Source of the DNA: Candidatus Iainarchaeum sp.
GTDB lineage: Archaea > B1Sed10-29 > WALL01
Assembly (NCBI GenBank): GCA_021162685.1
Contig: JAGGYF010000035.1
Span: 1 to 37,363, forward strand
DNA length: 37,363 bases
Reading direction: 5' to 3'
The position numbers and the translations under genes were made by a program. Positions 1-11,400 of the stretch are shown here, one piece after another. Below the pieces are notes generated by a model, which did not search any database, was not told where the DNA came from, and saw only the letters and a program-made list of their open reading frames with translations. Position 1 is the first letter of the stretch, and each line of letters starts with the position of its first letter.

Positions 1-2
1 GC

Positions 3-275
3 GACCTCGAACAAATAGCGAACTTCTTTGAAGAACATGGCGATGAGATAAAAGACATTGATGAAGACCTGTATTACAAATTAGCGAATTATTACAACAC
101 AGAACTCGCCATATACAGATTGAACGAAATAAACAGAGGAGAAAACGTAGATGAAAATGTTGAATTCTTGGCAAATAACTATGGAGCTCTCAAAGACTCT
201 CTGGAAACACTTGGTAAGCATGATATTCTAGACGAAATGAAACGCGTTCTCAAAGAACATGGGTATGAAATTGAG
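3..275 (+). repeat. Copy A (partial) of ~330-bp coding module shared with the giant ORF
   Basis: 219-275 is identical to 12951-13007 (57 nt). 119-152 is identical to 12521-12554 (34 nt). 9-32 is identical to 12411-12434 (24 nt). Confidence 0.92.
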
Positions 276-1781
276 GCAGAAGAGCAACCAACAGAAGAAG
301 AGGTAGAAGAGCAACCAACAGAGGAAGCAGAAGAGCAGCCAACTGAAGAGGCAGAAGAACAGCCAACAGAAGAGGAACAACCAACTGAAGAGGTAGAAGA
401 ACAACCAACAGAGGAAGCAGAAGAGCAACCAACTGAAGAGGAACAACCAACTGAAGAAGAGGTAGAAGAACAGCCAACAGAAGAGGTAGAAGAGCAACCA
501 ACTGAAGAGGCAGAAGAACAACCAACAGAGGAAGAAGCAGCAGAACGGCCACCAGCAAAACCAAAAGTAAGAAGAGTGAGGAAGAGGAGGGTAAAAAGGC
601 TATGGAAAGGGTTGGCACCAGAAGAAAAATTGAAAAGAGCAGTTCTTGGTCTCAAGAGCAATGTACGAATATCCAGTGATATTATAGAAGAAGTTTCTTC
701 CATATGCTCCACAGAACTTGACGAAATTAGCGATACACCTTCAGAAGAGGAGAGAAGGATATTAGAGGACATGCTTGATTTTGCAGTATATTCAGGAAAG
801 ATGAATGCAGAGCAGATAAATAGGATTATCTCAAAACTTGGTTTGTTAGAAAGAGAACAGAGAGGAGAAAGTGAAGCAACACAGCGTTTGGCAGGAATTC
901 GTGATGTTTTGAGGAGAAGACACCCCTCTCTCTATCGTGAGATTTTTCCAGCAACGAGGCTGACCAGAGAGGCACAGGAAAACATCCTTTCGGGGTTAGG
1001 AATATCTGCTTATTACCACGATGAGATTCCCAAAACAATGCTTGACAGATACGCAGGTAAGAAAGTAGATGAGATAGTTAGTGCTATCAGGAAGGAGTCA
1101 TTGGACAAAATGAAAGACCTGCTTGGTGAAGGACTTTCTAATAGAATGCTAGATGCACAGCAGGTAATGTTTAACATTGCTTTAGAGAAGAAAGAGATAA
1201 AGCCAGAACAACTTGCAGAGATTAAGGAAGGATTTGAAAAGATAAAAGGAAAACTTGAAGAGAGCAACTATGAGGAGTTTAAGGAATTTGTTTCATCACT
1301 CGGACCAGAACTCAGATCACTTGTAGAAACACCAAGCGAAGCGGTCAAAAACCTTAATCTTAAAATGAGAGCAAAACTGAAATCATTAGAACTTAGGGAA
1401 AAAGGAGAGTTTTATAATCCAGATGTTGTCGCGGAGAATGTAGTGAAAGGAATTTTCCCGGAAGAGAAGGTCGATATGCTTTTAGAAGCACTAGGTAATC
1501 TTAGCAAGTTTACAAATAGAAGAGGGAGTTTGGAACACTTTGCTGAGAGACTTTCTTCATCGCCAAGAATACTTGATGAGTGTATTGATTCTTTTAGGAG
1601 AATAGGTAAAGTGTTTGCTTCATTGCCAGATTATGATAAGGAGGCAAAAGATGTATATAAATCAAACTTGGATACATACTTCTCGCTGGGTGAAGACTTA
1701 GCTATTGAAAAAATAAAAGAGTTTGCGGAAAGAATAGAGAGCGAGATGAAAGGCAAAACGACAAAGAAGGGGGAGAAATGA
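3..1781 (+). CDS. 5'-truncated repeat-containing protein (shared ~110-aa module, acidic EEQPT repeats, basic patch, helical C-terminal region)
   Basis: The frame is open from base 3 (DLEQIANFFEEHGDEIK...), upstream of the TTG at 120 used by the ORF track. The N-terminal part matches the repeat module at 12357-13013. The stop overlaps the next ATG (ATGA). Confidence 0.85.
   Translation, partial: DLEQIANFFEEHGDEIKDIDEDLYYKLANYYNTELAIYRLNEINRGENVDENVEFLANNYGALKDSLETLGKHDILDEMKRVLKEHGYEIEAEEQPTEEEVEEQPTEEAEEQPTEEAEEQPTEEEQPTEEVEEQPTEEAEEQPTEEEQPTEEEVEEQPTEEVEEQPTEEAEEQPTEEEAAERPPAKPKVRRVRKRRVKRLWKGLAPEEKLKRAVLGLKSNVRISSDIIEEVSSICSTELDEISDTPSEEERRILEDMLDFAVYSGKMNAEQINRIISKLGLLEREQRGESEATQRLAGIRDVLRRRHPSLYREIFPATRLTREAQENILSGLGISAYYHDEIPKTMLDRYAGKKVDEIVSAIRKESLDKMKDLLGEGLSNRMLDAQQVMFNIALEKKEIKPEQLAEIKEGFEKIKGKLEESNYEEFKEFVSSLGPELRSLVETPSEAVKNLNLKMRAKLKSLELREKGEFYNPDVVAENVVKGIFPEEKVDMLLEALGNLSKFTNRRGSLEHFAERLSSSPRILDECIDSFRRIGKVFASLPDYDKEAKDVYKSNLDTYFSLGEDLAIEKIKEFAERIESEMKGKTTKKGEK
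276..540 (+). repeat. Coding tandem repeat, about 11 units of (A/V)EEQPTEE
   Basis: Imperfect 18-27-bp units (gaagagcaaccaacagaagaa and variants), all in frame. Confidence 0.92.
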
Positions 1782-2440
1782 TCCTAAAGAAAAAGGCAAA
1801 GAGTGTAGGGTATAAGGGATTTAAGGAATTTCAGAAGCAGGTAAAAAAGCAAGAAAAGCAAGCCAAGAAGATCAAAGAATGGCACCCAATTGAAAAGCGG
1901 TTTGAGAAGTATAAGCAAAAGGTTACGACAGAGGGAAGGAAAAAGGTGAAACTTTTTGGTACAGAGGTTATCGCGAATGAGGAAGAGGCGAGGATTGTTA
2001 AGAGATACCTTGAAGCAACAAGGGCAACAGAAGCATTTGGTGAGGTAAAAAAACCAGAGGAATTAGTAGGAGAGAAGATACCAGCAAGAGTTATGCGCAG
2101 AGCGATGAGGTATGACCAAGTTCTTAGGGAAATGGAGAATATAGAAGAAGGAGAACAAATACCAAGTATGGAAAGAGTTGAGGGCAAAGAGCCAGAGGAA
2201 GAAAGGCAATCAGTTATGCCCACTGAGCCACAACGGCCCAGGGGAGAGACAGAGGAGGTTATACAACCAATGACTGAAGACACTGAGGGAATGATGGTTC
2301 CTTTGGAGACTGAAACAGTGGAAAAGAGAGTATACAAAAGAGGAGTATATGTTAGTGGAGCAGGATTTGAGATTGGTGCCATACTTCCCATAATAATTAT
2401 ACTTGTAATACTTTTCATCATACTCAACTTCATAAGGTGA
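1778..2440 (+). CDS. Hypothetical protein with basic N-terminus and a single C-terminal transmembrane anchor
   Basis: 220-aa ORF coupled to the upstream stop. It ends in AILPIIIILVILFIILNFIR. Confidence 0.8.
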   Translation: MILKKKAKSVGYKGFKEFQKQVKKQEKQAKKIKEWHPIEKRFEKYKQKVTTEGRKKVKLFGTEVIANEEEARIVKRYLEATRATEAFGEVKKPEELVGEKIPARVMRRAMRYDQVLREMENIEEGEQIPSMERVEGKEPEEERQSVMPTEPQRPRGETEEVIQPMTEDTEGMMVPLETETVEKRVYKRGVYVSGAGFEIGAILPIIIILVILFIILNFIR

Positions 2441-2444
2441 GGGA

Positions 2445-5400
2445 TTGCCACTGTTCAGAAAGAAGAGAAGGCCGTTTATATGGTTGAAACCTGGCGAAAG
2501 AAAAGCATACAAAAGAGTAGTGGATAGAAGACCGTTTCCAATAGGTATGAGGAAGCCCTATGAGCAGGTAAGGGGGCTGTTTGAAGAGGCAAGAGAGAGA
2601 GTACCAGAAAAAAGGCCGGAGGAGAAACCAAAGGGCATAGACATTGAGCGATTGAAAAGATTAACAGGGCAACCACCTAAAGAACAAGAGAGAGTACGAA
2701 TTGACATTGGTAAGTTGAAAGAGGCAGCAGAGCGACCAGAGGAGAAACCAAAGGGCATAGACATTGAGCGATTGAAAGCATTGGCAGAGCGACCCATAGA
2801 AATAGAGGTTCCAGAGGAAAGAGAGCTAACAGAAAGAGAGTTTATAGATACGCTCCGTTTTTACGTTGAGCACGGAAAACCAATCTCTGGATGGCTGAAA
2901 GCAAAGATAAGGGAAGGAGGGTATGACCTAGACAGATTAATGGAAGCAGCAGGCGTTCCACCAGAGGAAAAACCAGCGGCGCTTCCTCTACCAAAACCTG
3001 TACCTGTGAAACGTATTACACCATCTGAGGAGTTACCAGAAGAGAAGATTAGGGAGATTAGAGAAACAGAGCTAAGCAAAAATACCGTATACAATATATT
3101 TGAGCCATATGATATGAAGGTACTTTACCTCAACTTGATTTTGAATAAACCTAAGGAGATGCTACAAAATAGTCAATTTCTGCGTGATGAGATACGTGCA
3201 TTAGCTCAGAATGGGGAGTTACATGAAGAAAAGGCAAACAAGATTCTTAGCGAATTTGATACATTCAAAGAGCAGATTATTCCTATAGTGGAAGAGCACG
3301 GAAAGATACTTGTAGATGCAGAGAAAAAGCAAGAGAAGATACTTTCAAAGGTTGATGAAATAGAAACAAGTGTCAAAGAGCACGAAAGAACAATCAGTGA
3401 GTTAGAAAAAAGGCTTGGACAGACAAATCCAAATGAGATGAAAGAGCTCGGAGATGGATTAGTTGCTGCGATAGGAGATATGAGGAAGCAAAAGGAAGAA
3501 CTTGAAGCATTGACAAGGGAACTTAAAGAGAAGATTAAAGGCGACACCGTAGAGAGAGAAACAGAGGAAGCACGCAGAAAGCTTGAGGAGAAGATTACAC
3601 GTTTGGAAGGAAATTATGTATTACTAGAAGAGGCAGTTGACAAGCATCTAGATATGCTCTCAGAGAGTATGGAGAAACAGAGGATGCAGTTGGAACAGAG
3701 TGCCTCGCTCCTCAACGAAATGGTTAAGAAAGGAACATACTCATTAGAGGATGTACAAAAGGTTTCTGGTGTAGTAAAACAACTAAACGAAACAGAGAGA
3801 GAAAAAGAGGATAAGGAGAATTACGTTAAGCAGTATTCAGATGTTATAAAGTCAATGAGAAAAGGGGACAAGCTTAGCGAACTAGAGACACATCTAAATG
3901 GGCTTTCCGAGACTATTAAGAATACATCTATCCAACTAGAGGAAGCAGTAAACAGGATAATAGAATCAACCAAGCCACCGTTAACTCTTGCTAGGAGAAC
4001 AGCAGAACAGATTGGAAACGTATTAACTGGTTTGGAAGAGGATATAAAACCAGAAAGGAGAGTAATGTTGAAAACATTAGAACATTCTCTTGGGGAGTAT
4101 GACACGAGAATAGAGAATGCCGAGAGAGCAATTGAGCATTTAAATGAGTTAAATAAGTCATTTGATGTTGAGGATGAACTAAAAGATGCAAAAAAAATCA
4201 TTGAAAATTTGAGGGATTCTAGAAATAAAGCAGAAGAGACATTACGCAATATGAAGATGACATACGAAAGACTAGATGAGAAGAAGAAGCTGCTCTCTCC
4301 TGAAGACATACAAGAGATTGAGAGGGGACTTAATGCTCCAATAGACCATGTAAAGCCAGATGTGGCCATAGGGGCAATAGAGGATTATTTGAATAAGAAA
4401 CAAAGAGAGGGCATAAAAACAATTGAAAGGGTTGTAACAGATATCCGCACAAAAGGCGTCCCAGAGATTTCTGTTAGTATAGATGAACTAACAAAAGCTG
4501 TTGAGACATTAAAGAAAGCAGGTGTTCCTGGAGATGAGGTCAATGAACATCTTGAGAGGGTTAAGGGAGAACTTTTATCAAGAATGCAGAGGGACACAGA
4601 AGAACTTAAAAAACAGGTGGATTCAAGGACAATGAAGATTGAGGAAAAAATTTCGGAGATAGAAAGGGACCCAAGTGCGATTGATGAAGTAATCAAAATG
4701 AGGGAAGAAATAGAGGGATTTAAGGACAGGATAGATGAGATGGTTGCACTTCAGAAAGCAGCAGAAGAAAAAGGTGTTGAAGTTAAGGTTTCTCTTGATG
4801 AGATAAAACAAAGCGTTGAAGAGCTACCAAATGAAATTAATCAGAAGATAAAGGAGGCTGTGGAAAAACAGATAGTGCTGATGACTAAGCAGCATGAGGA
4901 AACAGTGAATAAAATAGATGAAGAGATGCAGAGACTTAGATTGGATCTTGGTGTAGCAAAAACATCTGAAGACATTGCTGAAATCAATTCAAGATTAAAT
5001 GAAATTCAAACCAAATACAGCGAGCAACTGAGAAAGATTAGCGAAACCATTGAAAAACTTAAAACTGAACCGACCGAAGAAGCCGTTGGAAGAACGTTAG
5101 AAGAATTAAACAAAAAGCAAGAGGACATTGAAAGCTCTATTAATGCGTTAAGGGCAGAGGTCTCCGAAACCCATTCAAAACTTTCTGAAATAAGTGATAT
5201 TGTTAGGAGGATTGAGAGCACTTTATCCGATTTACCAAAGTATGAATTACAGGAACTTCCTTCCAAGATGGATGAAATAAATGCTCAAATAAAGCTTCTA
5301 GCAGAGAAAGGCGTATCAGAAGAGAAGATCAATGAATTGAGAAGAAATCTAATTTCAGAGATGAGCAGGCGATTTGAGGAACAGACAAATAGGTTTGCTA

Positions 5401-8400
5401 GCACAGAGGAAAAGATTACTAGGAATATTGAGGAGATAAATGAAACAATTAAAAATCTAAGTGAAAGAATTTCAGAAGAAGGCGTTTCAGAGCAGATAAA
5501 CAAGCTTGTTGAGGCAAGGAGAGCCCTCTCAGAGGAATTGCAGAACTTGAGAAGAGCAGTAGACATACTAAAAGAGGTCTCGGGTAAAGAAATTGACCTT
5601 GGCGGTGTGGACGAACTAGTTAGGCAACATGAGGCAATAAAAGACGGCATTTCTGATTTGGTCAAGAAGCAAGAAGAATTGGGAAGAAAGATTGAGGAGA
5701 ATGAAACTAATACAGAACAAGCAATACAAGATGCAATGGATAAACTCTCTAGTGAACATAACACAATTATCTCTAGACTTACAGATATTGATGAAAGACT
5801 GGATGAAAATCTCACCAATATAAAATCGGCAGTTGAAAGGGAGGAGACGCTAGATACAGCAATGATTGAGAACATCAATAAGTCAGCAGAGCAGATTAAT
5901 AGGTTGAGGTATGAATTGGAAACAGTAAGAAAATCAATTGAAAATATCAGAGCAATTGGAGCCGACACAACAGAGCTTGAGAGAAAACAGAACGAAATTT
6001 TGAGAAGGATTGATGAGTATAAGGAGAGGCTTGAAGAAAAGGTCACTAAAGGATTCGAAGAGATACAAGATTTGGTTAATCAGAAAATTAATGATGTAAA
6101 TGCAAACATGGATGAAAAATATGAAAAATTTAAGAACCTTATCCTACAACTTCCATCAAACCCACAACTGATTGATGAAATAAGAGGAGCAAGGGACGAT
6201 ATAATAAAGACACGCAACGAATTAACTACGAAGTTAGATGTTATACAAAGAACAATTGACGATTTAAAACGAAATCCTCACTTCAAGCCGCCAGACACTT
6301 CTGGAATAGGGGAGAGATTACGTAACATTGAGGATTTGATTAGAAATGAAGCGGATAATGTTGTTAGCAGTGTTGTAGAAGAACATAAAAAGACAAGAGA
6401 GGACTTAGAAAGAAGAGCAGAAGAACTAGACAAGAAACTAGAGGATGCAATCAATAGACTAAAAAAACCTGGGATAACAGATGAAGAAAGGGAAGAGCTG
6501 GTCAGGGAAATAAAAAAGATTGCAGAAGATAAGGACAAAGTATATAAGCAATTATCTGAGTTATCAGAACAACTGAGCAATGTGAGTGCAGGACTTAGTG
6601 GCTTGGGCGCGAAGGTAGATGCGTTAAAAGATGAGCATAAAAAGTTGTCAGATGAGTTATCCCAGATCTCTAGAGCTACTACTGAAATCACCTCAATGCT
6701 TTCCAGATTAAGCACGAGAGTTGCAGAAAAAGAAGACATAGATGTGGTGGTCAGAAGGTTGGAGGAGCAAGGCGAAGAATTAACAGGACTTAGAGAGATG
6801 CTTGAAACATTTATCAAACAAGCAGAAGGAGGAATGCGGGAAGCATATATGGAAGACATCTTGAGGGAAGATGAGAGATGGAGAAAGGAGGTAGAGGAAC
6901 TGGAGAAGAAAGAGCGAGAATATGAAGAAACAGGTAAGGAACTGGATGAATTGAAAAAGGCCATTGAAGAATGGAAAAGAGAGGAAGTTGGTAGGCCTCC
7001 TGTGAGTGATGAGGAGATTAGAAAGGAAGTTGAGAAATTAGAGGAGCATAAGAAAGAGTTAGAAGAGATGAGCAAAGAGTTAGAAACGTTTACTTATGGA
7101 AGGGTCCGGTCATTAGTTGCTGAGGGGTATCCCGAGGAAGCAACTTCAGAACTAGAAACACTTGCAAGCCAGGGAAGATACAATGAATTTTTGGATAAGT
7201 ATGAAGAACTTGTTAGGACAGCTATAACTGCAAAGGGTATAATAGATAGGGTAATTGAATCCGTTCCAGAACATTTGAGGGGGAGAGCAATTGATACCAT
7301 AACCAAGCCAGAGGCAATGGCAACAATGGCGCCAGTTGAGATTGAAGACCTGGTAAAGAAGCAGGTTGAGTTGTTTTTAAGGGACGAATTAAACAAATTC
7401 TATGAAAAGAACAACGTATCAAGGGATTTGCAGACCTATCTTGATGCTCTGGTATCTGCTGGAACCATTACTCCGAAGGATGTATTAGAGCAGAGCGATA
7501 TTTACAAAAGGATTGTGAAGGATTTTGAGGAAGTGAAAAGGAAAAGGGAGTTGCCAGAGGAAGTTGTTAAAGCAGTTGGAAAGGAGAGGGTTGAGGTTCC
7601 AGAAGAACATATAATACCTGTTACGAACGTTCCGAAGATAAACGAAATAAAATCGGATGCAAGGCAGGTTCTTCCGAACGAAGTTGTTGACTCTGTGCCA
7701 GATTATGAAGTAAATCAAATGCTTGATAAAGAGAATGTTCCAAAGCGTATACAAGAGCAACTGAAGAGAATAGAAGAGAAAGTAGATAAAATAGAAGGGC
7801 TTTTGCGCGAAAAGAAGGAGGAGTTAGAGAAGGAATATCCAGATCCAGCAAGAATTGCCGAAATAAACAAAGCTATAGAAAAGGCAGAGGAAGACATAGA
7901 AAAGTCAAAATCAACTATTGTGATTGGAGCGTTTATGGCACCAGAGAAGAAAGAGGAGATAAAGAAAGCACTTGATGACGCTAAGGATATTGAGAGGAGA
8001 TATAAACGCCTTGAAAGGGTCAAATCACCGTATGACCTATTTGGGGCAGAGATTCTTGAGACTATGCCAAAAACCCTCTCAAAAGAGGACGTAGAGGAAA
8101 TAGTAAATCCTGAAGGCATTGAAGAAAGGATAGCATCACTTGAAACCCAGGTAAGAGACCTGAAAGACAGGATAATGGAGCGTTCCAAAGAACCAGAAAA
8201 GATTGATGAGTTGATTGAATCAATTGAGGAATTCAAGAAAGCATTGACAAAACTTGCATTAGAATCAAAAGTTATAGGAAGAAATGAAGAGCAAGTTAAG
8301 AAAATTATGGATACGATTAATGGACTTAAGTCGGAGATAGAAGATGTTAAGGCAATAACTCCTTCTATCACCTCGGATCAAATTAATAAGACAGCAGAGA

Positions 8401-11400
8401 ACTTGGCTTCTGGAGCGATTACACCAGAGGATGCAGAAAATAGACTAAATTACTTCATGGATATTATCAAAAAGCAGGGATTGGTTCCAGAATCTTCAGA
8501 GTACAGGCAATTAATTGATTCTGTGAACAGGTTGCGTGAAGCACTGGAAAAAACAAAACTGAATAATGCTCTAAAAATACTTGAAGAACCCAGCATTGCA
8601 GAGGAGTTATTATGGGTCCAATCACTAAGTCCAGACATGGAGGGAGCGGGAGAAGTATTCAAGAGGGTGCACGAAGCATTGTTTATAGGCGATGTTGAGA
8701 GGATAACACAAGCAGTTGAAGAAGCAAAACGCATACAACCAGATCTAGAGAGGTCAGTTAAAGATGCAACAGTTGTTGAAGATGAAATCTCAAAGGAAAT
8801 AGAATCATTCATACCCACAAAAGCAAGTGATGAGGATATTGTCCGTGTCAGAAGGGAAATGGAAAGAACAAATGAGAAAATAGAGGAATTGGGACTCCTT
8901 TCAGAAAAGCCAGTAGTAAAAGAAATGATTGACAGATTGCAGACCAAAATATCTATACTAAATGAATTGATTGAAGAAGCAGAAAGAAGAAAACTGGGGG
9001 AAGTTGCAAAATCAAAGCCAATAGAAGAAGTGCCAGAGGAAATACAAAAGAAATTGAACAAACTTGATAAAGAATGGGAATCAGTTGAAGAAAAAGTGGA
9101 TGCATTATATGATAGGCTTGCCGAGAAAGTTGCAGAACTGGAGACAAAATGGCAGTCCATTGACAATTACTATAACAACCTTATAACAATGCTTGAAGAA
9201 GCCATTAAGAAGATGCCAGATGCAGAAGATACACTAAGAAACAAAATAGATGAATTGAAGAAACAAAGAGAAGAATTCAGAGAAACAATTTCAAATCAAG
9301 CAGGAAGCATAATCTCTGAAACAGCTGCGCCCGTTGATGATGTTTATGAAATAGACGAGTTGATAACATACAACATAGAGAAAGGCAATGAGGAGGAAGT
9401 AAAGTCATTGGTAGATCGGCTTGGGAAAAAACAAGCTGAAGCATACAAGAAGATGGAAGAACTTACGGAGAAGGCTGAAGCAAAGCTCTCAGAACTTTCA
9501 GAGAAACTCAAGGAGCATGAAGCGTTTAGATATATGGAAGAGGTTTTACCAGTACTTACAAAGGATGAGAGGGATAGATTCTTTGAGAAGGCTGCATTGC
9601 AGAGGGGGAAGTATCTTGTGAAAGAACCGGAAAAGACACCATTTGATTCAACGCCCGAGAGCATAGATAGCTGGCTGAGTCATTGGAGAGTATATCTATC
9701 CCAGAAGAGGCTTACTGAAGAAGAGCTTAAAGAGATGGTAGAGAGACGTAAACAAAAAGTAAAGGAGGATGTGAAAAGAGGGGTAGTGCGATTTGAGATG
9801 AAAAAGAAAAAAGAACCTGTTAAAAGACTTGTGAAATCAGAACCTCTGTTTGAAGGACTCTACGCGAAGTTGAAAAGCTTTATGAATCCTGAGGATTTCA
9901 AGGCACTTGAAAATAGAGTGAATGAAAAAGCAAGGAGTGAGCCCGAAAAGACTACTGAAATTTTTGAGTCAGAAGTCAGAGAGGAGCTAAATATTCCAGA
10001 AGAGAAATTCATTATTGATGGCGTTGATGAGAAAGCAGAGGAAGTAAAAGAGAAAAGAAAGGAAGAGTTATCAAAGAAAGAACCAGCAAGAATACTACAA
10101 GAAACAATAAAAGATGCGGAAAAGGTTGTTGAGACAGAAGGTATTGATGTAACGCAGGAAGAGATGAAAACATATTTAGAGATGCTTCCGATATCAATAC
10201 TTAAAGGCATGGAAGAAAGCAGAGAAACTGCAGTAGACGGATTAAAGAGGAGTATTGAGAAACAAGGTTTGCCTTCAGAAAAAGCAGAAGAGATTGTCAA
10301 AATTGTAGAAACAAGGATTAGGGATGCAAAACCAGCTTTTGACAAACAACTTGGAAAGGATGTGACAGAGGAGAAGAAAAGGATTATAAATAAGATTCCA
10401 GAAGCATTGCATGAAACGATAAAGAAAAGGACAGGTGTTGAAAACCTTTTAGAACTTGATAAAGACTTCCTCCAGGAAAGATTAGATGCCATAGAATTCA
10501 TTCAAAACACGTTCTTGCCTAGGTTCCCCGAAGCAGTAAAGTCTTTGAAAGAAAAGGTAAAAGTTCCTTTGGCATTGGTTTCTTTGGATGTTTTAAAGAA
10601 GGAATATGAAAAGGCAGAAAAGAAACGTGAGAAAGAAAATGAAGAGTTTTTGGATAGGCTTTCAGGCTGGGCTCAAGGTCTTCCTCCTGAAGTCTATTTA
10701 ACACCTGAAAAGAAGCCAACGATAGATGAAGCAATGTCAATTGCAAAACGGGCATTGAAGAAGATAGGGGAAGAATGGAAACTAAGTGAGGATACCTACA
10801 AAGCAGTTGAAAAAGGCGTTTCTGAATTTGTTGGTGCGCATGCTGGCAAATATAACACTACTAAGGAGTTGTATGATGCAATTATGACACATGCAGAGAT
10901 TATAAAGAGCAACTACTTGTGGGATTGGTTTGAGGAGTTTAGGGCATGGGCGATGAAACCCATTGAGAAACCAGTTGAAGTAAAAAAACCAGAGGTGAAA
11001 AAAGGCATATTAAGTCCAGAAGATGAAGCGTTCCTCCAGGGAATTCTTGATTGGGGAAAAGTGGTAGAAAAGCCTTTAGAAGCAACAGAATTCATGGTGA
11101 ATACTGCACTAACGTATTACATGAGTTCGCCGTTTAAGGAAGCCACTGATAAACTTCTAAGACAAGTTGGGATGTACAGAAATGAGAGGATGAGAAGGTC
11201 GCTAAAAGAAAAGGTGTTTAAGCAACTGTTTGAGAGAGCAACACAGTTTGAAAAAGCAAAACGCCTTTTTGAGGGCATATCCAGAGACAAACTTATAGAT
11301 GCTACTAGGTATATAGAGACAGCAAATAGAATGGTTGAAACAGCAATAAAGGAGAACAGAATAGGGGACGCAATAGATGTACTTGTGGACGAACTTAAGA

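Noticed and set aside
276-540. CRISPR array
   Set aside because: Units are contiguous, in-frame coding repeats with synonymous variation and no unique spacers or cas genes.
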